Shown: positions 26,387-37,252, counted from the first letter of the stretch. The stretch: DNA of 64,000 nucleotides from Candidatus Bathyarchaeia archaeon (GCA_038882975.1 JAVZNE010000001.1:321997-385996); one strand, 5' to 3'. Numbers and translations are program-made. Notes: generated by a model from the letters alone, not told the origin.

Positions 26387-27400
26387 TTAACTTTGAGTCT
26401 TCGTCTGTTGCGTTGCCACTATTTTTTCCTTCAAAAGCTTCAAACATCGCTTAAGCCCAGCCTCAAGCTCCCCAAAACCGTTCACACCTGCAGCTGTTGC
26501 GTGTCCCCCGCCCATCCCGTTAAGATACTCGCCTAAAGGTTTGGCTATGTCCCTTCCAAGGTGGATACCTGTCTTCTCATGAAAATCCTTCGTACAGCGG
26601 AGGCTAATCTCCAAACTTTCATTTTTCTGTCCAGCCACAACAGCCACGTGCGCTCCAAGGTCTATTATGGCACGGGCTGCCGAAGCCTGATAGGCACTTA
26701 CATGCGACAAGGCGATTATCCATTCGCCTATTTTGAAGAGTTTAGCCCTCTTACAAGCTTTAAGCCTTGCAACTCTTTCTGAAAAATCCATGGGCAAGGA
26801 TAATACTGCCAATGCTTCTTGCACGTTCACTCCAGCATCTATCAGATCAGCTACCGTTTTAAGCGTTGAGGAGTTAGCCAAAACAAAGTGTCGGGTGTCA
26901 AAGGCTATGCCCAAGAAAAGCGCCTTCGCCTCATTTTCCTCGATCTTCACGCCCGACTGCTTGTAAAAGTTGTAGATTATTTCGCATGTTGAGGAGACGC
27001 CTTCATCCGTAATGCAAAGCCTCGCCATCTTTTCGGTTTCTGGATGGGCAGCATGATGATCAATAACGACTAATGGTGCTTTTGAAGCTTTCACCTTTTC
27101 TGCAAGGTTGTTCAACTGCTGAATAGTGTTTGTGTCTAAAAGCATTATCACATTTGCTTCTTCCACCTTGGGCTGGGCTTCCACGTTTATTGGCAAATAT
27201 TTTAGGATGTGCTTTGAAAGGCGACTTATTCCCTGCGCTGCCCCAATCTCAACGCTGACTTGCGGTCTACGCTTTTTAATTAGGCTTGCCAAAGCATAAG
27301 CCGAGCATATGGCGTCTGGGTCTGCATTATGATGGCACAATAAGACTATGTGCTGGGCATTTGCCTCATCCATTATTCGAGCTATTTCTGCAAACGACAC
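26387..27400 (-). CDS. DHH/DHHA1 family phosphoesterase
   Basis: HHNADPDA, IDHH, GGGHATAAG. Confidence 0.9.
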   Translation of the reverse strand: MSFAEIARIMDEANAQHIVLLCHHNADPDAICSAYALASLIKKRRPQVSVEIGAAQGISRLSKHILKYLPINVEAQPKVEEANVIMLLDTNTIQQLNNLAEKVKASKAPLVVIDHHAAHPETEKMARLCITDEGVSSTCEIIYNFYKQSGVKIEENEAKALFLGIAFDTRHFVLANSSTLKTVADLIDAGVNVQEALAVLSLPMDFSERVARLKACKRAKLFKIGEWIIALSHVSAYQASAARAIIDLGAHVAVVAGQKNESLEISLRCTKDFHEKTGIHLGRDIAKPLGEYLNGMGGGHATAAGVNGFGELEAGLKRCLKLLKEKIVATQQTKTQS

Positions 27401-27684
27401 TTAATCTCCCTCAAATACTTCTCAGCTGACTTAAACGCCTCTTTAACAGCCTCATCCGCAAGCTTCTGAACGTCATATTCCTGCATCAGCGGTGACAGAA
27501 CTATTTCAACATCAACGGTCAATGTTAAGGGTTTCTCACCGTCTGTTTCAACGCTTATGTTTAATGTCTCAACTTGTTTAGGCGGAACCTTTGACAGTAC
27601 GTATTCTCTTGCAGCCTCCTCAGCTATCGAGCATAACTCTTCAATCTGTTCTGGAGTTAACTCTGGCAAGCCTATATCTTCCAA
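27382..27684 (-). CDS. DUF3194-like conserved archaeal protein
   Basis: IGLPELT N-terminus; position between pfdB and DHH gene. Confidence 0.7.
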   Translation of the reverse strand: MEDIGLPELTPEQIEELCSIAEEAAREYVLSKVPPKQVETLNISVETDGEKPLTLTVDVEIVLSPLMQEYDVQKLADEAVKEAFKSAEKYLREIKCRLQK

Positions 27685-27715
27685 GCTTCCACCAAGCCTC
27701 GTTAGTGCCCTTTGC

Positions 27716-28087
27716 CTATGGCTGTGTTCCCGAAACTGGAGCCAAATCCTGCTGAAGCTTCGTCTGAAGCTCCTTCATTTGGCTACGGAGGCGCTCTTCC
27801 TGCTTGCCCAAAACAGAAGCTCGCATGTTAAGAAGCTCTTTACGCTCGTTTAGGTCTGCTGTCACCTTCGCCTTGTCGGTCTTAACCAAAAGCGAGCCTA
27901 TCGCTCTATAAATAACCGCATCATCCGCAACCTTTTGCAGCTCACTCAAAGCCTGCTCAATCTCTGTTAGCTCCAACTCCACCTGTTGTTTCTGAGCCAA
28001 AACAGATTGCAACGTCTGCTGTAACTGTTGTAACCTTAAGAGCCGCTCCTGAACCTGTGGAGGAAGTTTAGCTAACTCTTCACTCAA
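27716..28087 (-). CDS. pfdB: Prefoldin beta subunit
   Basis: LPPQVQ, coiled coil, IYRAIGSLLVK hairpin. Confidence 0.93.
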   Translation of the reverse strand: MSEELAKLPPQVQERLLRLQQLQQTLQSVLAQKQQVELELTEIEQALSELQKVADDAVIYRAIGSLLVKTDKAKVTADLNERKELLNMRASVLGKQEERLRSQMKELQTKLQQDLAPVSGTQP

Positions 28088-28172
28088 ATTTATCCTTCCA
28101 TCTGCACAGCTTTACACCAAACCAATTAATTAAACATTTTCTAAAGGCAGTAATAAACGAAGAGCTTTAACA

Positions 28173-28286
28173 TGCAAAATCTAGAGGGGGATAGTCAATT
28201 TTGGCTTTTCCAAAACCAAAAGTTGTTGCAAAACCTAGAGGGGTAGTGTATTTGCGCTTTCTGCCAGCTCACAAATATGACTTCCC
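28173..28286 (+). repeat. Dispersed intergenic repeat, two tandem units (period 54)
   Basis: TGCAAAA(T/C)CTAGAGGGG at 28173 and 28227; GGGGTAGTGTATTTG...CAGCT...TATGAC shared with 57372-57448. Confidence 0.65.
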
Positions 28287-28357
28287 ACAATGATTAAACA
28301 GTTAATTTTAAAGGCTTAAAAATAGAAGATTAACAACTACATGCGAGGTGGAATGTC

Positions 28358-28777
28358 GTGGTTAAGGTTGACGGATACGAGGTTCCAGAAGGACTATACT
28401 ACTCGAAGGATTTTGAATGGCTCAAAATTGAAGGCGACAAGGTTCGTGTTGGCATAACAGACTACGCCCAAAAACAGCTAAGGGAAGTTGTTTACGCAGA
28501 GTTGCCAAGCCCAGGAACCACCACAAAACAGAACGAGCCATATGGCACCGTCGAGTCGGTGAAAGCCGTTTCAGACCTTGTGGCACCAGTGAGCGGTACA
28601 ATAGAAGAGGTGAACACCGAAGTTCAGTCAAAACCAGAGCTCTTAAACGAAGACCCATACGGGAAGGGCTGGCTCCTCATTATAAAACCCTCAAACTTGC
28701 AAGCCGAACTAAAAAATCTGATGGACTTCAATGCAGCTGTCGAATGGCACAAAAGCCTAATTAAAGAAGGGAAGTAG
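28358..28777 (+). CDS. gcvH: Glycine cleavage H-like lipoyl carrier protein
   Basis: VGITDYAQ, VESVKAVSD (lipoyl Lys), NEDPYGKGW. Confidence 0.93.
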   Translation: MVKVDGYEVPEGLYYSKDFEWLKIEGDKVRVGITDYAQKQLREVVYAELPSPGTTTKQNEPYGTVESVKAVSDLVAPVSGTIEEVNTEVQSKPELLNEDPYGKGWLLIIKPSNLQAELKNLMDFNAAVEWHKSLIKEGK

Positions 28778-28780
28778 CCC

Positions 28781-30127
28781 TTGCCAAAACGCATAGTAAT
28801 AATTGGGGCGCACGCTGCCGGTGTAGATGCAGCCTCAGCCGCTAGAAAAACAGATCGCACAGCCGAAATCACCCTAATAACTGATGAGAAGTATGCAGGA
28901 TACTCCCGTTGCGGTTTACCCTTCGTCATAGGCGGACACATACCAAGCTTCAGCAACCTCATAGTTTTCCCGCCAAGCTATTTCCAAATGATGAAACTAA
29001 ACCTAAAAACAGAAACCAAAGTGACAAAAATAGACAAGGACAAAAAGACCGTTCTAACAGTGGACAAGGCTGGAAACACCGAGGAAATCTCCTACGACAG
29101 CCTAATAATAGCCGCAGGGGCTAGCGCCTTCACACCACCAATAAAAGGAAGAGAAAAGCAAGGAATAATACCCTTAAGAACAATAGAGGATGGGCAGAGA
29201 ATAGACCAGGCGGTCCGCGAAGGCGCAAAAACAGCCGTCGTAATGGGCGCTGGACTCATAGGCTTAGAAACTGCTGTAGCCCTGCAAGAACGAGGCTTAA
29301 AAGTGACTGTTGTGGAAATGTTGCCCCAAGTTTTGCCAGCCATGCTTGACGCAGACATAGCGAAAATGGTTCAGGAAATGCTAGAGCAAAAAGGCATACG
29401 AATTCTAACCAGCAAACCAGTTGAAGAGTTCCTCGGAACGGATAAGGTGACGGGCATAGTGGCTGGAGGAGAACAAATAAGCGCAGACCTCTTCGTAAGC
29501 GCTTTTGGTGTCAGGGCAAACACCCAGCTCGCCGTGGACGCTGGAATAGCCCTAGGCGAAACAAGAGCCATCAAAACAAACGCCAGAATGGAGACAAACG
29601 TTAAGGACGTTTATGCTGTGGGTGACTGTGCAGAATCCACCCACATTGTCACGCAGAAGCCGGCACTGCAACAGCTTGGAACAGTGGCTGTAAGACAGGG
29701 AAAAGTGGCAGGGATAAACGCTGCTGGCGGCTATGCACTATTTACTGGTGTTTTGGGCTCGGCTGTAACCCAGCTTTATGACACACAGGTTGGCGTGACA
29801 GGCTTAACGGAGGCGGCAGCCCAAAGGGCAAGAATAGAAACCGTTACTGGAACAATCTCTTCCAAGACAAAAGCAGACTATTATCCGGGCGCCTTACCAA
29901 TAAAGGTTAAGCTTGTCGTTGAAAAGGAGTCGCAACGCATTATTGGAGCTCAAATAATAGGCGGAGAAGAGGTGACCCAACGTATAAATGCTGTTTCATT
30001 CGCCATACAAAAGCAGATGACTGTGCGAGAATTGGCAAAAGCGGATACGGCTTATGCACCGCCCCTATGCGAAACATGGGAGCCTCTGGTTTTAGCTGCC
30101 GAAATGGTTCTGATGAAAATCCGCTAA
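28781..30127 (+). CDS. NADH oxidase / CoA-disulfide reductase family flavoprotein
   Basis: YSRCGLP single redox Cys, GAGLIGLE, YAVGD, AYAPP. Confidence 0.85.
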   Translation: MPKRIVIIGAHAAGVDAASAARKTDRTAEITLITDEKYAGYSRCGLPFVIGGHIPSFSNLIVFPPSYFQMMKLNLKTETKVTKIDKDKKTVLTVDKAGNTEEISYDSLIIAAGASAFTPPIKGREKQGIIPLRTIEDGQRIDQAVREGAKTAVVMGAGLIGLETAVALQERGLKVTVVEMLPQVLPAMLDADIAKMVQEMLEQKGIRILTSKPVEEFLGTDKVTGIVAGGEQISADLFVSAFGVRANTQLAVDAGIALGETRAIKTNARMETNVKDVYAVGDCAESTHIVTQKPALQQLGTVAVRQGKVAGINAAGGYALFTGVLGSAVTQLYDTQVGVTGLTEAAAQRARIETVTGTISSKTKADYYPGALPIKVKLVVEKESQRIIGAQIIGGEEVTQRINAVSFAIQKQMTVRELAKADTAYAPPLCETWEPLVLAAEMVLMKIR

Positions 30128-30218
30128 AAACCCATTCCTTTCTTTTTATCTCCGTCGGAAAATTAATTAAGAGAACCAATTCCAATAATATCCGAAATTT
30201 GCGCGAATGGTGATTTAA

Positions 30219-31232
<1,014 letters not shown>

Positions 31233-31303
31233 CAAAGCCAATATAAAACTTAAAAGCGAATAGCCCCCTCTATTTTTCTGTTCTAAAACGAAGGGGGACA
31301 TAT

Positions 31304-32533
31304 ATGGCTAAATATTTAACCCTAGACGACGTTGACGTGAAAAACAAAGTTGTTCTCGTAAGAGTCGATTTCAACTCTCCGGTAGATCCGGAAACAAAGA
31401 AGGTTCTTGATGACACAAGGATTAGAGCGCACGGCGAAACCACAATAAAGGAGTTAGCCCAAAAAGGCGCAAAGGTCGTGGTACTAGCCCACCAAGGGAG
31501 AAAAGGCGACCCAGACTTCATACCGCTGAAAGAGCATGCTGAAATTCTAGGCAAAGTCCTAGGAAAACCAGTAAAGTTTGTGGAAGACGTCTTCGGAGAA
31601 AAAGCCCAAAAAGCAATTAAAGAGCTGAAAAGTGGCGAAATCCTAGTCCTAGACAATGTTAGAAACTTTGCCGGAGAAACAAAGGAGGGCACACCAGAAG
31701 ACCACGCCAAAACAGAACTTGTCAAGACGCTGGCACCATTGGCAAACATATTCGTTAATGACGCCTTTGCAGCAGCCCACAGAGCCCACGTCTCAATGGT
31801 TGGTTTTACAGCTGTTCTACCAAGCGTCGCCGGAAGAATAATGGAGAGGGAACTAAAATCCCTAAGCAGAGTGCTGGAAAACCCAGAAAAACCATGCGTA
31901 TACGTGCTTGGCGGTGCTAAGGCAGACGACTCCCTTGAAATCTCAAAATACGTATTAGACAACAAAATAGCAGACTACGTTTTAACTGGCGGTGTTGTTG
32001 GTCACGTATTCATGGTTGCAAAAGGATACGACCTAGGCAAGCCCAACATGAAATTCCTAGAAGAGAAAAAACTAATGGGACTTGTCCCTGAAATAAAAGA
32101 GCTAATGCAAAAATACCCTGAAAAAATTAAGGTTCCAGCAGACGTGGCAGTAGAAGCGGAGAAAAAGCGAAAGGAAATTCCAGTAGAAAAACTCCCCACA
32201 GATTACCCGATATTTGACATTGGAGCAAAAACCGTTGAAAACTATGCAAAGATAATACGTAACGCCAAATCAATAGTGGTAAGCGGACCGATGGGAGTTT
32301 TCGAAAACAGCGAATTCATCTACGGAACAAGAAAAATCTTCGAGGAAATCGCAAACTCGAAGGCCTTCTCCCTAGCTGGTGGAGGCCACACGATAGCAGC
32401 TCTACAAGAGTTGGGCCTATCCAACAAAATATCTTATGTAAGCACTGCCGGCGGAGCCCTAATAGAGTTTCTAATGGGCAAGAAGCTCCCAGGAGTAGTA
32501 GCTCTAGAAAAAGCTGCGGCTCGCAAGCCTTAG
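31304..32533 (+). CDS. pgk: Phosphoglycerate kinase (archaeal type)
   Basis: RVDFNSP, HQGR, NDAFAAAHR, LGGAK, STAGGA. Confidence 0.95.
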   Translation: MAKYLTLDDVDVKNKVVLVRVDFNSPVDPETKKVLDDTRIRAHGETTIKELAQKGAKVVVLAHQGRKGDPDFIPLKEHAEILGKVLGKPVKFVEDVFGEKAQKAIKELKSGEILVLDNVRNFAGETKEGTPEDHAKTELVKTLAPLANIFVNDAFAAAHRAHVSMVGFTAVLPSVAGRIMERELKSLSRVLENPEKPCVYVLGGAKADDSLEISKYVLDNKIADYVLTGGVVGHVFMVAKGYDLGKPNMKFLEEKKLMGLVPEIKELMQKYPEKIKVPADVAVEAEKKRKEIPVEKLPTDYPIFDIGAKTVENYAKIIRNAKSIVVSGPMGVFENSEFIYGTRKIFEEIANSKAFSLAGGGHTIAALQELGLSNKISYVSTAGGALIEFLMGKKLPGVVALEKAAARKP

Positions 32534-32554
32534 CTTTAGCCTTAACCTTCCATT

Positions 32555-33853
32555 TTATTTTTGAGTTAGCTTCTCCAGCAAGTCGACAACTCTTGCTTCT
32601 TCGTGTTCTGGCTTATGTTGGAGCATTTCATAAATCTGCAAGGTTTGTTCAGCAGCCTTCCTCCATGTAAAGTATTGCAACACCCGTTTTCTGCCGTTTT
32701 CTCCCCACCTCTTGGCTCTTTCAGGGTCGCATAAAACCTCTTTTATACCCCATGCAATGTCAGCTGGGTTTCCACCGTTAACGTGTATGCCATTCTGATC
32801 TGGTCCAAAGGGCACAACTTGTTCTCTGAAGCCGACAACACCTTGGGCGCCAACAACTATCGGCTTTTCCATAGCCATTGCCTCTAGGCTTACAATGCCG
32901 AAGGGTTCATAGGTGGATGGGAAAACACAGACGTCTGCCGCCGCATAATGCAGTATGCGCTCTTTTTCCGGCACGAAGTCAAATCTGCAAATAAGCTTGT
33001 CACTCATTCCAAGCCTAACGGCAGCCTCAACAATGTCGTTTTGCTGTTCTCCCTTACCCAAAATAACAAGCTTAGTGCTTGGATATTCTGCCAAAACCAT
33101 CGGCATGGCTTGAACAAGGTTTATCACACCCTTAACCCAAGTCAACCTTCCAAGGAAAAGAATCATCTTTTCATCAGGTTTAATGCCATATCGGCTTCGA
33201 ATAGCCTCAACTTCTTCCGGCTTACACTTTTTGGGATTATAACGCTCCGGATCAACACCGTTCCAAACAACGCTAATTTTCGCCTTAGGCCATCCGTGGC
33301 GGACCAAGTCTTCTTGCATGGCGTGGCTAACAGTTATTATTCTGTCAGCCCTCTGCGCCATAGCCGACTCAAGATAGGAGACGACCTCTGAGCCTTGCCC
33401 CCCGCTTCTTCCCCACTCAGTGCTGTGAACATGGAAGACAACAGGAACTTTTGTCTCATTTTTTATTATGATTCCAGCTATGCTGCTAAGCCAGTCGTGA
33501 ACACAGACAACATCGTAGAGGCATCCTTCTTTCTTCAACATACTATTAACGAATTTGGTGGCGCTTAAAACATTGTAGATGAAAATGTCGTTGAAAAGGC
33601 GTATGTTTGTACCCCACTTTTTCAAGTCATCAGTAACAAACATAGGAAAAACGTTGCTAGCGTCAGCAATCAGCGGTCTATGAACCTCAACGCCCTTTAC
33701 AATTTCCCTAGTTTTAAGATTTCCAGGATTAAGTGTAAAAACTGTCACGTCGTTGCCCATGGCTACAAATTCACGGGTAATATATTCGGCGTATGTGCCC
33801 AAACCACCCACAAGGGCTGGCGGATACTCCCAGACAAAAAAGCCTATCCTCAA
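32555..33853 (-). CDS. GT4 glycosyltransferase (glycogen-synthase-like)
   Basis: WEYPP..VGGLG, HDW, HSTE, EPFGIVSLEAM. Confidence 0.88.
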   Translation of the reverse strand: MRIGFFVWEYPPALVGGLGTYAEYITREFVAMGNDVTVFTLNPGNLKTREIVKGVEVHRPLIADASNVFPMFVTDDLKKWGTNIRLFNDIFIYNVLSATKFVNSMLKKEGCLYDVVCVHDWLSSIAGIIIKNETKVPVVFHVHSTEWGRSGGQGSEVVSYLESAMAQRADRIITVSHAMQEDLVRHGWPKAKISVVWNGVDPERYNPKKCKPEEVEAIRSRYGIKPDEKMILFLGRLTWVKGVINLVQAMPMVLAEYPSTKLVILGKGEQQNDIVEAAVRLGMSDKLICRFDFVPEKERILHYAAADVCVFPSTYEPFGIVSLEAMAMEKPIVVGAQGVVGFREQVVPFGPDQNGIHVNGGNPADIAWGIKEVLCDPERAKRWGENGRKRVLQYFTWRKAAEQTLQIYEMLQHKPEHEEARVVDLLEKLTQK

Positions 33854-33903
33854 CTAAAACCATCCAACAGCATTTAACCTAAACTGCAAAGAATAGTGGT
33901 GCT

Positions 33904-34659
33904 TTAAAAGAGCTTCAGTTTCCTTTTAGGCGGTTCTTCCTCTCCAGGCTTTTCCGGCAACTTTGGAGGCGGAGGCGGTGGTGGCATCTCCTTTACAGGC
34001 TCGGGTTTTGGAGGAGGTACAGGTTTAGGTTCAGGTTTTGGCTCTTCTTTCGGCTTTTCTGGCGCTGGTGGCTGCAGCGGTAATGGCTGCTCTTTTTCCG
34101 TCTCCTTCTTCTTAACTGGTTTTGGTTCACGTTTCTTTTCTGGAAGTTTTTCCTCTTTCGGCTTTTCGACGGGTTTCCATGTAAAAATGGGTTGGAGGCG
34201 GAGACCTTTATGATCTCCGAGTTTTAGGTACTCCCACTCGTATAGGTCTATGTGTATACCCTTCATGCTTTCAACAGCCCGTCTAACAGCGTCTGAAAAG
34301 CTTGGCGCAATTAGTATGAGCCTCGGCTTTTCCTTATCATCAATTTTGTGCTTGTTGTATGTAGCCTTCAAGAAGGACTTGAATTTGTCGACATAGTCAA
34401 AGCTTTGAAGCCCTTGAAGGAGCATGGCATCGTCCTCTTCAACGTTTAACTGAAGAATAACAAGCTGACCGTTGCTGTCATGACATAAGACGTCTAAAGT
34501 GGTTTTGTCATTTATTGGAACGTTGCTGCAAATCACAGTTAAACCTTTTTCAACCATGTTTATTTCATTGACTATCATCTGCTCCAATTCTTGGCGACTC
34601 TCAATGCTAATTTTTTCAATCGACACACGTTTCACCTTTGTTTTAGAAAAAGAAAACAT
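33904..34659 (-). CDS. NucS/EndoMS-like PD-(D/E)xK-fold protein with degenerate active site and Pro/Glu/Lys-rich tail
   Basis: LDVLCHDSNGQLVILQLN and PRLILIAPSFS; low-complexity tail. Confidence 0.6.
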   Translation of the reverse strand: MFSFSKTKVKRVSIEKISIESRQELEQMIVNEINMVEKGLTVICSNVPINDKTTLDVLCHDSNGQLVILQLNVEEDDAMLLQGLQSFDYVDKFKSFLKATYNKHKIDDKEKPRLILIAPSFSDAVRRAVESMKGIHIDLYEWEYLKLGDHKGLRLQPIFTWKPVEKPKEEKLPEKKREPKPVKKKETEKEQPLPLQPPAPEKPKEEPKPEPKPVPPPKPEPVKEMPPPPPPPKLPEKPGEEEPPKRKLKLF

Positions 34660-34766
34660 GTAAAGATAAATAAGTTATGAATTCAAAATCCGAATCTAAT
34701 CTAAACTTGGTAAACAGAAATAAAGGCATAAGCAGAACAATACAAACAGGAAAAGAGGCTAAAAGG

Positions 34767-36311
34767 TTGACGGACATAGTTTTCGTCTTCGAAGTGCACC
34801 AGCCCCACAGATTAAGAAAGAACTATTTCTGGGAGAACAAACTCTTCAAACGCTTGGAAAAAGTGGAACTTTTCAACTACTATTTCAACCATGAACTTGA
34901 CAGAGAAATCTTTGAACGAGCATGCAAAAAATGCTATTTCCCGTCAAACCAGATACTATTAGACCTAATAGACGAGCATAAGCGGGAGAAAAAACAGGTA
35001 AAAGTTTCATTTAGCGTCTCTGGAACTTTTCTTGAACAGTGTGAAATGTTTAACAAAGACCTTCTGGAATCCTTTAAACAACTTGCAGAAACGGGTTGCG
35101 TGGAATTTCTGAACCAAACATACTACCATTCGCTGGCAAGTCTCTACCCGAAAAAAGAATTTATTGAGCAGATAAAAATGCACAGACAAGCAGTAAGAGA
35201 TTTATTGGGCTGCACACCGCGAGTCTTCGAGAACACGGAACTAATTTATAATAACGCCATAGCAAAAACAGCCGAAGAACTGGGATTTTCCGGAATATTT
35301 ACAGAAGGCACAGAAAAAATACTCCATGACAAGTCGCCCAACTACCTTTACAAGCCAAAGGGATGCAGAAAAATCAAGGTGCTCCTCAGAAACTACAAGC
35401 TAACAGACGATATAGGCTTTAGGTTCTCCGCAAGATGGTGGAGCGAGTGGCCCCTAACAGCCGACAAATACGCAAGCTGGCTGGCAGCCACACCCGGAAA
35501 CTGCATAAACATATTCCCAGACTATGAAACCTTCGGCGAACACCAATGGCCAGAAACGGGCATCCATGAGTTTTTGAGGCATCTGCCAAGGGAGATTTTG
35601 AAGTGGGGGCATCTCCGCATGGCGACACCCTCAGAAGTCGTTGAAAAATATGAGACTGTTGGAGAAATAGATGTGCCAGAGCTTGGAGGAACGGTTTCAT
35701 GGGCTGATTTGGAAAGGGATGCAAGCTGCTGGTTGGGAAACACCCTACAATGGGCCTACTACACATCTGTCAGAAGACTTGAACCCATAGTCAAGGAGTC
35801 AGAGGACAAAGATTTTCTAAGGATATGGCGTTACTTCCAAACAAGCGACCACCTATACTACATGTTCACAGCCGGCGGAGCCCCAGGCGAGGTTCACTCC
35901 TACTTTAGCCCCTTCAGCACTCCGGCAGACGCCTATGTAACGGCTCAAGCAGCAATCCTCGACTTTGAGAACCGCCTCCGTCTGGCGACAATAACAGCCA
36001 ACGAGCCATTCCTCTTCTATAAAGGCGTTGGTGAGGAAAATTATACTGGTGTGATAGCTTGGAGCCTTAGAGGACTAATAAAAGCCCTACAGAAGGTGGA
36101 AGTAAAGTCCTTAGAATTCCATAACAGCCGCGGCGACTTTGAAAGGTGGGCTAGGCATTCGCTTCACGACAAGGTTTTGGCTGAAAAACTTGAGGATATT
36201 AGACTTTCAAAACTTAAAGGGCAAGCCTTGCGAAAAGCCTTAGTTACAGCTGCAAAGGAGAGGTTTAACGAGTTGTCACGGCAGATAAAGGCTTTGACGG
36301 AATACTTTTAA
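34767..36311 (+). CDS. GH57 alpha-amylase-like glycoside hydrolase with C-terminal DUF5752-like domain
   Basis: FEVHQP, NTELIY, DYETFGEH, QTSDH; SLEFH..RGDFERW C-terminal domain. Confidence 0.88.
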   Translation: MTDIVFVFEVHQPHRLRKNYFWENKLFKRLEKVELFNYYFNHELDREIFERACKKCYFPSNQILLDLIDEHKREKKQVKVSFSVSGTFLEQCEMFNKDLLESFKQLAETGCVEFLNQTYYHSLASLYPKKEFIEQIKMHRQAVRDLLGCTPRVFENTELIYNNAIAKTAEELGFSGIFTEGTEKILHDKSPNYLYKPKGCRKIKVLLRNYKLTDDIGFRFSARWWSEWPLTADKYASWLAATPGNCINIFPDYETFGEHQWPETGIHEFLRHLPREILKWGHLRMATPSEVVEKYETVGEIDVPELGGTVSWADLERDASCWLGNTLQWAYYTSVRRLEPIVKESEDKDFLRIWRYFQTSDHLYYMFTAGGAPGEVHSYFSPFSTPADAYVTAQAAILDFENRLRLATITANEPFLFYKGVGEENYTGVIAWSLRGLIKALQKVEVKSLEFHNSRGDFERWARHSLHDKVLAEKLEDIRLSKLKGQALRKALVTAAKERFNELSRQIKALTEYF

Positions 36312-36361
36312 GCATACACAAGCCTTAATAGAAAACGCGCAGGCATGTTTTAGGCTTAAAG

Positions 36362-36622
36362 GTGAAAAATTTGAGGGAGGAGCTTCCAATCTCTGAAAAA
36401 ATTCTGCAAACACTTCACAATCTATGTGCGACAGCTCCAGACTTGGCTAGAAAAAGCGAGGAACTTGCCCAAGTCTTACAGTTAGACGTGGCGGAAGTTG
36501 AAAGAATTCTTAACGGCTATGGGTGTGAGGGTTACGTGGAAAGCTTCGCCGATGACCAAGGGAAAAAATGGTACTATCTCACTGGAAGGGGGATAATCAA
36601 GGTCTGTGCGCTTTTCACTTAG
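36362..36622 (+). CDS. Small winged-helix protein
   Basis: HTH pattern with GYV...YYLTGRG wing. Confidence 0.65.
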   Translation: MKNLREELPISEKILQTLHNLCATAPDLARKSEELAQVLQLDVAEVERILNGYGCEGYVESFADDQGKKWYYLTGRGIIKVCALFT

Positions 36623-36635
36623 CCGGCGGTAGCAA

Positions 36636-37250
36636 ATGCGAGTAGTAATCCTTTCATGGGAGTACCCGCCAAGGGTTGTTGGAAAACTTGCAGATTATGT
36701 GAAAGAGTTGGCTGTGCGACTCGCCAAAAATAGAATCGAAACATACGTGGTCACCTATCATGATTATACGACTGGGGAATCTGAAGAAAACGGAGTCAAA
36801 ACTTACAGAGTGGCAAACCCCGTTAAAACTCACATAAGCGTTCTCACATGGGTTTTAACCCTAAACCAAGAAGTGGAACGTGCTGCCGCCAACATATACT
36901 ATAGGGCAAATGGACACGTAGACGTTATAGATGTGCAAGACTGGCATTTCATCCCAGCAGCAGTCACTTTAAAAAAGGCGTTCAACATTCCCTTTGTATA
37001 TTCTGTTGAGAGTTTAGAGGACCACCGCTCCCATGGCGCTAATTCCCCGTTTAATATGGCTATTAAGAGCATTGAGTGGCTTGGCATGTACGAAGCGGGC
37101 AAGGTTCTTGTAAAATCTGAATGGATGGCAAGCGAAGCTGTCAGGGTCTACAAGGTTCCGGAGGTAAAAATAAAAGTTGTCAAGCCTGAGTCTGAACGTT
37201 GGCTTAGGACAATTTTAGAAGTCTACAAAAGCCTTAAGGGTGGTTCGTAG
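36636..37250 (+). CDS. GT4 N-terminal-domain-only protein
   Basis: WEYPPRVVG start; ends at 204 aa without the EPFG..LEA domain. Confidence 0.75.
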   Translation: MRVVILSWEYPPRVVGKLADYVKELAVRLAKNRIETYVVTYHDYTTGESEENGVKTYRVANPVKTHISVLTWVLTLNQEVERAAANIYYRANGHVDVIDVQDWHFIPAAVTLKKAFNIPFVYSVESLEDHRSHGANSPFNMAIKSIEWLGMYEAGKVLVKSEWMASEAVRVYKVPEVKIKVVKPESERWLRTILEVYKSLKGGS

Positions 37251-37252
37251 AA

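Noticed and set aside
31270-31965. 231-aa antisense ORF and similar ORFs at 11086, 24996, 41789, 44026 and 60613
   Set aside because: Antisense shadows of well-supported genes with no recognisable motifs
33920-34180. Repetitive GGAGGC/GGTT DNA
   Set aside because: Explained by the Pro/Glu/Lys low-complexity coding tail, not a DNA repeat element
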